24,000 bases of DNA, from contig NZ_CP019962.1 of the NCBI RefSeq assembly GCF_000807675.2, forward strand, positions 3,483,157-3,507,156. The letters are read 5' to 3'. The translations under genes were made by a program, and so were the position numbers. This DNA comes from Eubacterium limosum. GTDB taxonomy: Bacteria; Bacillota; Clostridia; Eubacteriales; Eubacteriaceae. The notes beneath the pieces are model-generated. The model saw only the letters and a program-made list of their open reading frames with translations. It did not search any database and was not told the DNA's origin. Within the stretch, counting starts at the first letter, position 1. Every line of letters begins with the position of its first letter. Below are positions 1-7,483 of this stretch, one piece after another.

Positions 1-246
1 CAGACGCCTGGAAGAACGCACGTGATTCATATAGCCATAAATATAAAGTTTTAGAAGATCACGTGGCGAGTACATCGGGCGGCCTGTTTGATTGGGTTTC
101 CACTTATTAAATCCGAGATTTTCGAAATCTAAGGTATCAACATAAGCATCAATGACACGTACAGGATTATTTTCATCGACATAATCCTCGATACAGTCTG
201 GAAGTAACATCCCTTGATGACGATTATTTCCAATAATGAAATCCAT
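1..246 (-). CDS. IS1182-family (DUF772/PF05598-type) transposase, first 82 codons; the gene continues past the window start
   Basis: Absent from the ORF track because it runs off the window. My translation of the reverse complement from the ATG at 244-246 is MDFIIGNNRHQGMLLPDCIEDYVDENNPVRVIDAYVDTLDFENLGFNKWKPNQTGRPMYSPRDLLKLYIYGYMNHVRSSRRL. The LLP..IEDY..NPVR.ID.YVD.LD..LGF and GRP.Y.PRDLLKL.IYGY...RSSRRL motifs are the typical N-terminus of IS1182/IS5-like transposases. A GGGAGGG Shine-Dalgarno (complement of 254-260) lies 7 nt upstream. Confidence 0.85.
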   Translation of the reverse strand, partial: MDFIIGNNRHQGMLLPDCIEDYVDENNPVRVIDAYVDTLDFENLGFNKWKPNQTGRPMYSPRDLLKLYIYGYMNHVRSSRRL

Positions 247-360
247 AAGAATACCCTCCCGATTATTTTAAGATTATGTATTAATTATACCACGATTTTG
301 GGGATTTAGGTGGACTTTTGACACAAACTCCCCCTTAGACCCCAAAACCCCAAAAATCTA
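1..360 (-). mobile_element. One end of an IS1182-family insertion sequence; the outer boundary is not determined
   Basis: The transposase 5' end sits at 1-246. The 247-360 segment upstream of it is non-coding. It contains GATTTTGGGG (294-303) facing CCCCAAAACCCCAAAAATC (340-358). The terminal inverted repeat cannot be defined without the other IS end. Confidence 0.45.
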
Positions 361-382
361 ACAATATCCTAAGGAGAAAAAA

Positions 383-664
383 ATGACAAAAGTCAAAGAA
401 AGTTATGAGGAAGAATTAACCACTGTGTTATCTGCCATGCTTGGTTGCGAAGCAGATGAGGTAATGGATCTTTTCAAATCAAAAGACTGTGATCTTATAG
501 AATTGGCAGCACAGGCTGTATCAGAAAATGCATCAGCCTCAAGGGATTATGAAGTGAGCCTTGAGAATCTTAAAAAAGAAATTAATGATCAGGAAGAATG
601 GAGAGAAACATTTGAATCGGAGGGATACATCGGCTCTAACGAGATAGATGAAGATGGGCGGTAA
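383..664 (+). CDS. Hypothetical small, highly acidic protein (93 aa)
   Basis: ORF with AAGGAG 8 nt upstream of the ATG. I count 26 D/E against 9 K/R, a net charge of about -17. No motif recognised. Confidence 0.55.
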   Translation: MTKVKESYEEELTTVLSAMLGCEADEVMDLFKSKDCDLIELAAQAVSENASASRDYEVSLENLKKEINDQEEWRETFESEGYIGSNEIDEDGR

Positions 665-680
665 AATGTAGAATACACTG

Positions 681-704
681 CCGGTCACGTGACCGGAAGT
701 CGTG
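681..704. repeat. Palindrome-containing repeat, copy 1: CCGGTCACGTGACCGGAAGTCGTG
   Basis: Perfect 16-bp palindrome CCGGTCACGTGACCGG at 681-696, 17 nt after the stop of the 383-664 ORF. It matches 2431-2454 at 22 of 24 positions. Confidence 0.9.
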
Positions 705-778
705 CATCCCGCTATTTGAGTAGGTTTGAGCCGGTTTAAAAAAATGCTTAATGTTTAAATGATTATGGAGGTATCATT

Positions 779-1096
779 ATGAAATACAAGAATATGGCCC
801 TGAAAGAAGCTCAACTGAATGAGAAGGAAGCCTACCTTAAACAGTGGGAAGCAGAACTTAATAAAAGAGAAGAAGGGCTTAATTATCGACACAATGAACT
901 ACAAAAAACAGCTGATTTTTTAAGTGTAAGGATCGAAAAATTTAATGAACAGTTAGGAAAAGCACAAAAATCTTATATGGCAAAACGACAGCAGTTATCC
1001 GCATGGGAAAGTAAATTAAAAATAATAGAAAGGAATATTGGCATTCCGGACTATGAAACAAATAACGTTCATGGATATATACCCACAGAACGATAA
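779..1096 (+). CDS. Hypothetical coiled-coil protein (105 aa)
   Basis: ORF preceded by GGAGG (768-772). The sequence is K/E/Q/L-rich with a heptad-like pattern (LKEAQLNEKEAYLKQWEAELNKREEGL...). No family recognised. Confidence 0.55.
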   Translation: MKYKNMALKEAQLNEKEAYLKQWEAELNKREEGLNYRHNELQKTADFLSVRIEKFNEQLGKAQKSYMAKRQQLSAWESKLKIIERNIGIPDYETNNVHGYIPTER

Positions 1097-1259
1097 ATGC
1101 TCAAAAATAAGAAAAGTATCCAGCAATGCTTTTTTTCTTGATGAAAATAAAAACATATCCTATGCGTCTAAATGCAATGATTGTAGGTTTGACTGTAAAC
1201 AGAGTTATCGTGCTAAGATAATCTGTTGCCCTAAATATGGAAGTAAAAATAAAATCTAA
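1038..1259 (+). CDS. Possible small Cys-rich protein (73 aa or shorter); doubtful
   Basis: The ORF overlaps the previous gene by 59 nt in another frame and has no clear RBS. It contains CNDCRFDCKQSYRAKIICCPKY (6 Cys in 20 aa). A terminator follows at 1289-1313. The true start could be an internal Met at 1053 or 1071. Confidence 0.25.
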   Translation: MAFRTMKQITFMDIYPQNDKCSKIRKVSSNAFFLDENKNISYASKCNDCRFDCKQSYRAKIICCPKYGSKNKI

Positions 1260-1288
1260 AAAAATAGCCTTTTCTGGCACTAAATTTT

Positions 1289-1313
1289 ATCACTCAGTTG
1301 AGTGATTTTTTTA
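1289..1313 (+). terminator. Rho-independent terminator
   Basis: ATCACTCA-GT-TGAGTGAT perfect 8-bp stem (1289-1306) followed by a T-run (1307-1312). Confidence 0.7.
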
Positions 1314-1338
1314 TTGTCTAAATACAGGAGGAAGATCA

Positions 1339-2427
1339 ATGCGGTATCAAGAGAAAGTTCAAATAGCGAACACAATGTCAATTTTTGAATATTGTCAGTT
1401 AATTGGCTTTGAGCTCAAGAAAGTCGGCAGTGATTATAAGCATCCAGACCCGCAAGGGGATTGGAATGGTCTTAATGTTACTTTGGACGGTTGGGGTTGG
1501 AAAAACTTCTCGCCGGACAGTGTTGCATTTGACCGTGGCGGCCCGATTCTCTTTGTCCGTTGGCTGCATGAAGTTCAAACTGGTGAAGCCTATGATCAAG
1601 TAGAAGCTATCAATGAAATGGTAAAACTCAAAGGTTATGACTTGTCCGAAGAAATTTCAAAAAAGGATTATCAAGCATTGATCCGCCAAAATATAGGCAA
1701 TACGAAAAAGAGATGGGAAAACAAGGAAAGCAGAATAAATCAAAAGAAAGAATTTAAACTGCCTCCCAAAAGCAATACCTACAATCGGCTTTTTGCTTAT
1801 TTAACAAAGAAAAGAATGCTGGATAAAGCTTTTGTTCAAAAGCTCGTAGATCACCATGTTCTTTATGAAAGTGGTGATTTTCACAATTGTGTGTTTCTTT
1901 ACAAAAATTTCAATCAGGAAGTCGTTGGTGCATTCTTGCGAGGAACCTATGACCGTGATGGAAAGAAATTCCAGAAATGTATTGGGGATGATGAAAAATA
2001 TGGTTTTGAAATAAAAGGAATAAACGACCGGATGCGAATCTTTGAATCGCCTATTGATCTTCTCAGCAGAATGACCATATTTAAAACATTTGCACCACAT
2101 CGACTTAAAACAGCGCTAGAAGATACATGGTTTAGTATGAACGGATTAAAACATGAGAAAGTTTTTCATTATCTGGAAAATCATCCGGAAATCAATGTTG
2201 TTGTATTATCCGTTGATAATGATCCACCAGATAGATTTGGAAAAAGAAGAGGGCCTGATTTTTGTATTAAATTCAAGGAACTGATCGAAGAAAAATATCC
2301 TGGAAGATATGAACTAAAAATAGATACTCCAAAATACACAAAGGATTGGAATGAAGATTTAGTTTATATGAAAACCCAAAGCTTATCAATACATACACAA
2401 AATATAGAATGTGCGGCTGAGAGATAA
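1339..2427 (+). CDS. DUF3991/Toprim-domain protein (primase-like protein of Firmicute conjugative or mobile elements)
   Basis: AGGAGG at 1327-1332. The C-terminal half carries Toprim signatures: the acidic Glu in IFESPIDLLS and DxD in VLSVDNDPPD. The N-terminal part (SIFEYCQLIGFELKKVGSDYKHPD...W.WKNFS..GGPILFVRWLH) resembles the DUF3991 region that accompanies Toprim on ICEs and plasmids. Called from motifs only. Confidence 0.7.
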   Translation: MRYQEKVQIANTMSIFEYCQLIGFELKKVGSDYKHPDPQGDWNGLNVTLDGWGWKNFSPDSVAFDRGGPILFVRWLHEVQTGEAYDQVEAINEMVKLKGYDLSEEISKKDYQALIRQNIGNTKKRWENKESRINQKKEFKLPPKSNTYNRLFAYLTKKRMLDKAFVQKLVDHHVLYESGDFHNCVFLYKNFNQEVVGAFLRGTYDRDGKKFQKCIGDDEKYGFEIKGINDRMRIFESPIDLLSRMTIFKTFAPHRLKTALEDTWFSMNGLKHEKVFHYLENHPEINVVVLSVDNDPPDRFGKRRGPDFCIKFKELIEEKYPGRYELKIDTPKYTKDWNEDLVYMKTQSLSIHTQNIECAAER

Positions 2428-2430
2428 TAA

Positions 2431-2454
2431 CCGGTCACGTGACCGAAAGTCTTG
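2431..2454. repeat. Palindrome-containing repeat, copy 2: CCGGTCACGTGACCGAAAGTCTTG
   Basis: Begins 3 nt after the stop of the Toprim gene. CCGGTCACGTGACCG is identical to copy 1, and the downstream AAGTC.TG is also shared. Confidence 0.9.
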
Positions 2455-2581
2455 AAAGCCCCATAAATAAAGACATAGAAGCATATTAAAAAAATGGCTA
2501 AGGTCTATTTAAGCATAGAAAGGGGGGATGAAAATTGTAAAAATAGCGTAAGAGAGATGTTTCAAAAAGAGCATATTTATG

Positions 2582-2610
2582 TTGACTATGTAACAAAATG
2601 AGCGTAAAAT
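2582..2610 (+). promoter_or_regulatory. Candidate sigma-A promoter for the 2678 gene
   Basis: TTGACT (2582-2587), a 17-nt spacer, then TAAAAT (2605-2610). This is about 70 nt upstream of the ATG. The -10 element is embedded in the inverted repeat CGTAAAAT(2603-2610)/ATTTTACG(2620-2627). Confidence 0.5.
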
Positions 2611-2677
2611 ATAACTATGATTTTACGCGAGAATTCAAAAATTAACGATTTAAATTCAAGAAAGAAGGAAATAAAAA

Positions 2678-5600
2678 ATGAAGAACAATAATGAAGTATC
2701 AAGCGTAATCAAATCAGCAAAGAAAGTAGCTATCGGAGCAGGCGTTGTTAGTGGCGTGGCAGCATTCTCAGTATTGTCAGGTGGGCAAGTATTAGCAGAA
2801 GAATTACCCGCGGATCGGGCAAACCTGGAAATGGTCGTAACCGAAGAGGCACAGCAGGAAGTTAATAACGTATCAAACGAAGAGCTGGCAGCAGCTAATG
2901 AGGTCATTGCTAACAGCGTTGAAGACACTAACGTTGAAGCAGAGACGTCCGATTTGGCAGACACACAAACAGAAGTGTCCGCCAATGATGAAGACTATTC
3001 TTGTTCAGAAGAACCAGAATATGAAGAAGACACCTCTTATGCGGAAGATGCCGGATACGGGGAAGAGGATTCATACACTGAGGACACTGGTTTTGAAGAT
3101 GAATTGATTGAGGACAGCAATGCTTCAGCAGACGAAGAAATCGTAGATGATACGATGGAAACACCGGATACAGACATCAATACCGATCAGTCCATTGAGA
3201 ATGATCTCGCAAACGATCTGGTGCAGCCACCAGTAGATGCGTCCACCGATAAAACAATTCAGGATGAAAACAGCACAGATAAAGACACAAGTGATCTGGA
3301 CGCAGACAAAACCGATGGTGAACAAATTCAGGATGAAAAAACAGATGCCGAAGTAAAGGAGGATGATAAAACTCCAACGGTAACTGAGGACAATAAAGTT
3401 AAAGACGAGATCAAAAATAAAGAGGAAAAGGAACAAGGAAATATGATAGTAGATTCAAATGTACAGAACACAACTGTACAGGACGCCCAAGTTCAGGCAG
3501 CCCAGAATACGCAGCAGTTCATGGAAGCCGCAATGCAGACGGCCCAGAACTATGGCCAGAGTTTAACCCAGAAAGATATTGTGGATCTGTATAACAAGTA
3601 CGTGTCCCCATATCATGACGCATCGAAGGAAGGCGACCTGTTTGCAATGATTGAAGAAACCTATAATGCAGACGGCACCTTGTCGCAGCAGAGCCAGGAA
3701 GCCGCATTGGGACTCATTAACTTTTTCCGTGCGCTTTGCGGACTCGGTGAAGTGACGATTTCTCAAGAGGATAACAAATATGCCCAGGCCGGTTCCGACT
3801 ATCTGGCAGACACAAACTTTGAAAGCGGTAACCCACATAATGCAGCTGATGGCAGTGGAAACGAGGACGCGATCAAAGGGCTGCACTCGTCCAATATTTC
3901 CATGGGAAGCCATGGTTACAGCATTTACGATCTGTTACTCATGCAGTTTGGTGACGATGATGATCAAAATGGGACTTCCCTCGGTCACCGCAGATGGTTA
4001 CTCGATCCCGATTTGAAGACTGTGGGCTTTGGAGCAGCCAAAGGAAGCAGCTGGAAATATTTTGTACTGACTTACACGGCAGTTGACAATCCAGACCGGG
4101 AAAATGTCGCATTCCCTAATAACGGTTTCTTCCCCATTGAAGCTTTGATCAGCAGTTCAACCATGTACGGTGCACCTTTCAACGTATCTCTGGGAACAGA
4201 CTATAAAGTCACCAGTCCAAGCGGTATGAAAGTGACCATCACAAAAGATGATGGCACTACCACTGAATTTAATTATGTCAGCTCAAGCTCCAATCCGGAT
4301 TTTAATGATAACTGGTGGACAGTCAACACGGGTGGTTATGGCAGCGGCTCCGCCATTATCATTAACCCGTCCTACAGCTGGTTAGGCGATTATCAAGCCC
4401 TTGCCGGTCATTCATTCACTTTCACCATTACTGGACTAACTGATAAAGATGGCAACCCGGCCACCATCACCTACACCATCAACTTCTTCTCATTGCAGCA
4501 GGCCATTAAAGACCAGGCAGCGGATCGGGAAGCTGCGCAGAAGGTGACGGATCAGATTAACGGGATTAAACCAACAGATGAGCTTACCTATAAAGATTAC
4601 GATCCCGTAAAAGCAATTGAATCAGCCTACAATGGCTTGACCGCATCTCAGAAGGATTATGTTTCTCAGGACAACGTCCAGAAGCTCACTGAAGCTGTTC
4701 AGAAAGTCACAGAACTGAAAGCGAATCATGAAGCCGATCAGAAAGCAGCGGACGCAGTAAAAGCTGCCATCAACCAGATACCAGCAGACGTTACACTGGA
4801 TGCCGAAGACAGTGTTACCTCGGCTCGAGAAAAATACGATCAGCTGACACAGGATCAGAAAAATCTGGTCGATAACTACCAGAAGCTGACCGATGCGGAA
4901 TCAACCATCGAAGCATTGAAGAAAGAACAGGCAGAAAATCAGGCAGCGGCACAGAAAGTAACCGACCTGATCAATGCTCTGCCGGATACCATTACCTTGG
5001 AAAATAAAGCAGCGGTTGAAGAAGCAAGAGCCGCCTATGATGCACTAAACGATAAGGCAGAAGCCATGGTCAGCAGCCAGACCGTAAGTAAGCTGACCTC
5101 AGCAGAGTCAAAAATTGCTCAGCTCGAAAAAGAAGCCAATGACCTGAAAGAAGCGTCCAAAGTGATCAATCAGATCAATACCCTGCCAGGCGTTAATGAC
5201 ATTGAGCTTGAGGATGAAGCTGAAATCGTAGCTGCCAGAGCCGCTTATGCCGGTTTAACGGATGATCAGAAAGCCATTGTTGAAAAAGAAGGCGCAGTGA
5301 AGACCCTTGCCAATGCGGAAAAGAAACTGGCCGAAGTCAAGCTTCAGCATATGCAGGACGAAGAAGCGGTTAAAACGGTCACCGAGGCGATCAATGCATT
5401 ACCGGGGACGGACGCGTTACAGCTGAGCGATGAAGTAGCGGTCAACGACGCGGCGAATCTCTACAACGCCATGACCGACACTCAGAAAGATATGATGGAA
5501 CAGGCCGTTGTTCAGAAATTAGAAGATGCAAAAACCCAGATGGCCAAACTCATTGAACAACACAAGATTGATGTTGAAGCCGCAAAAACGGTCACTGATC

Positions 5601-6601
5601 AGATCAACAGCTTACCTTCAGTTATAGATCGTGATGCGGAAACAGCGGTGGCAGAAGCCAGCGAAGCCTATAACGGATTAACCGATACCCAGAAAGCATT
5701 AGTCGATCCAGCTGCCGTTAACAAACTGGAAGCTGCGGTTAAGGTGATTGACAATATTCATACCGCAGACGCGGTTACTGATCAGATTGAAGCGTTACCT
5801 TCGGTCGATGATTTAACCTTAGAAAACCGAGAGGCTGTGAAAGCTGCTGTTAATGCCTATAATGCCCTGACCGACGAACAGAAACAGTACATGGATGCCA
5901 ATACCAAGGCAGCTCTTGACAGTCTGGTACACCAGATTGATGTGCTTGACGTTGAAAATGTGACGAATATCATCAATGACCTCAAGGATCTTGATGATCT
6001 GACACTGGAAGACAAAGAAGCCGTACAGCGGGCATCCGATGCCTACGACGCACTTTCTCCTGAAGCCAAAGCGATGATGGACAAAGAAGTTTATGATAAA
6101 CTGGATCAGGCCGAAGATAAAATCACCGATCTGAAAGACGAACAAGCAGCCGATCAGGTTGAAACAGTGGTCGGCGCGCTGAAAAATCCGGGTGAACTCA
6201 CATTGGATGATAAAGGCGCAGTCTATGCAGCCAGAGACATGTACAATGCACTCTCCGAAAATGCGAAATCGAAAGTTGATCCTGCCATGGTACAAAAGTT
6301 AGCCGATCTGGTGAAACAGATGGATCAATTAGTTGCCGATAATGAAGCCGCACAAAATCCAGGACAAGATGGAAATGGCGGAGCCGGTAATGTGAATGAT
6401 GGCAGCAACGGTGGAGCTGGTGGTTCGACAACCGGCACTGGCACCGTCGTTGATCAGAACGGTACGGATAATGGTACAAACGGTCCGAATACCGGGATCA
6501 GCCAGACACGCAGCACTGGATTAATCGCCAGCATTCTCGCATTGTTCGGAATTGGCGGTGCGGGTTTATTCGCCAGAAGAAAACGTAAAGCCAGCAAATA
6601 A
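2678..6601 (+). CDS. Large secreted/surface protein: signal peptide, acidic low-complexity region, CAP/SCP (YkwD-like) domain, beta-rich region, 9 helical repeats, G/N/T-rich linker, C-terminal hydrophobic anchor with basic tail
   Basis: AAGGAA RBS. The N-terminus KKVAIGAGVVSGVAAFSVLSGGQVLAEE looks like a signal peptide. CAP-domain motifs sit at about 3680-4080 (ALGLINFFRALCGLGEV...YAQAGSDYLA...SLGHRRWLLDPDLKTVGFGAA), collinear with the bacterial YkwD/CAP pattern (..R...GL.PL...A..HS..M...S.GHR.NIL.P....VG.G). The C-terminus is GPNTGISQTRSTGLIASILALFGIGGAGLFARRKRKASK. Confidence 0.85.
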   Translation: MKNNNEVSSVIKSAKKVAIGAGVVSGVAAFSVLSGGQVLAEELPADRANLEMVVTEEAQQEVNNVSNEELAAANEVIANSVEDTNVEAETSDLADTQTEVSANDEDYSCSEEPEYEEDTSYAEDAGYGEEDSYTEDTGFEDELIEDSNASADEEIVDDTMETPDTDINTDQSIENDLANDLVQPPVDASTDKTIQDENSTDKDTSDLDADKTDGEQIQDEKTDAEVKEDDKTPTVTEDNKVKDEIKNKEEKEQGNMIVDSNVQNTTVQDAQVQAAQNTQQFMEAAMQTAQNYGQSLTQKDIVDLYNKYVSPYHDASKEGDLFAMIEETYNADGTLSQQSQEAALGLINFFRALCGLGEVTISQEDNKYAQAGSDYLADTNFESGNPHNAADGSGNEDAIKGLHSSNISMGSHGYSIYDLLLMQFGDDDDQNGTSLGHRRWLLDPDLKTVGFGAAKGSSWKYFVLTYTAVDNPDRENVAFPNNGFFPIEALISSSTMYGAPFNVSLGTDYKVTSPSGMKVTITKDDGTTTEFNYVSSSSNPDFNDNWWTVNTGGYGSGSAIIINPSYSWLGDYQALAGHSFTFTITGLTDKDGNPATITYTINFFSLQQAIKDQAADREAAQKVTDQINGIKPTDELTYKDYDPVKAIESAYNGLTASQKDYVSQDNVQKLTEAVQKVTELKANHEADQKAADAVKAAINQIPADVTLDAEDSVTSAREKYDQLTQDQKNLVDNYQKLTDAESTIEALKKEQAENQAAAQKVTDLINALPDTITLENKAAVEEARAAYDALNDKAEAMVSSQTVSKLTSAESKIAQLEKEANDLKEASKVINQINTLPGVNDIELEDEAEIVAARAAYAGLTDDQKAIVEKEGAVKTLANAEKKLAEVKLQHMQDEEAVKTVTEAINALPGTDALQLSDEVAVNDAANLYNAMTDTQKDMMEQAVVQKLEDAKTQMAKLIEQHKIDVEAAKTVTDQINSLPSVIDRDAETAVAEASEAYNGLTDTQKALVDPAAVNKLEAAVKVIDNIHTADAVTDQIEALPSVDDLTLENREAVKAAVNAYNALTDEQKQYMDANTKAALDSLVHQIDVLDVENVTNIINDLKDLDDLTLEDKEAVQRASDAYDALSPEAKAMMDKEVYDKLDQAEDKITDLKDEQAADQVETVVGALKNPGELTLDDKGAVYAARDMYNALSENAKSKVDPAMVQKLADLVKQMDQLVADNEAAQNPGQDGNGGAGNVNDGSNGGAGGSTTGTGTVVDQNGTDNGTNGPNTGISQTRSTGLIASILALFGIGGAGLFARRKRKASK
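4510..6345 (+). repeat. Nine in-frame, diverged tandem repeats (186-216 nt, 62-72 aa) inside the surface protein
   Basis: The recurring pattern is A..V...IN.LP..D.LTLED..AV..A..AY.ALTD.QK..V....V.KL..AE.KI..L. Its central (A/L/M/K)Y..(L/M) motif occurs at SAYNGL, EKYDQL, AAYDAL, AAYAGL, NLYNAM, EAYNGL, NAYNAL, DAYDAL and DMYNAL (Tyr codons near 4628, 4835, 5032, 5242, 5458, 5665, 5854, 6040, 6238). Confidence 0.8.
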
Positions 6602-6625
6602 AAAGCAGAAATGGACAAAAACTTG

Positions 6626-6650
6626 AAAAAGGCGCATAGCGCCTTTTTTC
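6626..6650 (+). terminator. Rho-independent terminator of the surface-protein gene
   Basis: AAAAAGGCGC-ATA-GCGCCTTTTTT: a GC-rich stem followed by a T-run, 25 nt after the stop codon. Confidence 0.85.
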
Positions 6651-6806
6651 ATTTTTTGCGTTGAAGTGATTTGATATTTCAAAATATAATAAATCTAGGT
6701 ACCTGAAACAGAATTTTTAATATAAACAATCCGTTTCAAGAGTGGCTTCTTATTATAAAGGTTTGATCTATGCTAAGTTAATGTTGGAAGGTGATTTTAA
6801 GTTGGA

Positions 6807-7409
6807 CTAAAGATTACTAAAAAAATCCCTACCAATTACAACCTTTTTTACGCCAGCAGATAAAAGGGTTTTGGCTCGATTAAAAGAAATGCCTCCATCA
6901 GTCCAGATTGCCTGTTGAGGGAAATCTTGACTAGCTTTTTTAATTTTATCGACCATAGTGTCAATAAAACACTGGTTTTTTCCATCAGGTTCGCTAGTCA
7001 TTAACAAAATCGAATGACAACGTTGGATAAGATATGCATAATTGTTAAGAGCAGTAAAAGGCAAAAAGGCCAACCCAACGGTTATATTATTTTCCTCAAA
7101 AAGAGAAAGAACTTCTGCAATATGTTGGGTGGATTCAGCATGAAAAAAGACACTGCATGGGCTGAGCTTTTTCAGAAGTGGAAGGTAGGCCACTGGTTCC
7201 GTGACCATCAAATGAACATTAAAATGAAGAGGACTCACATTGCGAAGGGACAACAATGTTCTCTCTCCAAAAGTGATATTATGGATAAAATTACCATCTT
7301 CAATATCAAGATGAAGTTCAGAATACCCTTTTTGTTCCACTAATTCTGCTTCAGTGCCAAGACAGAGTTGATTGGCCGAAGCCAGCGATGGTATGATGTA
7401 GTTTTGCAT
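6807..7409 (-). CDS. Ribulose-phosphate 3-epimerase family protein (SgcE/AlsE-like ketose-phosphate 3-epimerase)
   Basis: 200 aa with GGAGG upstream (complement of about 7417-7421). The Rpe metal and catalytic motifs are all present: HLDIEDG (H.D), NVHLMV (His), TDGGI (Asp). Confidence 0.85.
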   Translation of the reverse strand: MQNYIIPSLASANQLCLGTEAELVEQKGYSELHLDIEDGNFIHNITFGERTLLSLRNVSPLHFNVHLMVTEPVAYLPLLKKLSPCSVFFHAESTQHIAEVLSLFEENNITVGLAFLPFTALNNYAYLIQRCHSILLMTSEPDGKNQCFIDTMVDKIKKASQDFPQQAIWTDGGISFNRAKTLLSAGVKKVVIGRDFFSNL

Positions 7410-7458
7410 AAAGACCTCCTTGATAATTTATTGATTACAGCATATCAGATCTCTTTTT

Positions 7459-7483
7459 ATTTTTCAGGGGTCAATTTTTCAGG
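7459..7483. promoter_or_regulatory. Direct repeat ATTTTTCAGG x2 in the divergent promoter region; candidate operator
   Basis: Perfect 10-bp copies at 7459-7468 and 7474-7483 (15-bp spacing) between the divergently oriented epimerase and regulator genes. The second copy with its flank (ATTTTTCAGGAAAAA) loosely resembles a CodY box (AATTTTCWGAAAATT) with 4 mismatches. Confidence 0.3.

Noticed and set aside
330-358. Telomere-like CCCCAAAACCCCAAAAA (G4T4 on the minus strand) and a nearby C5 tract; considered a G-quadruplex or tandem-repeat feature
   Set aside because: There are only two repeat units and three G-tracts on one strand, which is insufficient for a canonical intramolecular G4. It is more simply part of the IS terminal region.
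2656-6479. Numerous antisense or off-frame ORFs inside the 1307-aa gene (for example 2656-2985, 3125-3436, 3563-3913, 5819-6295, 6198-6479)
   Set aside because: These are shadow ORFs of a long gene with a strongly supported frame. They have low-complexity or Cys/His/Phe-rich nonsense composition and no RBS.
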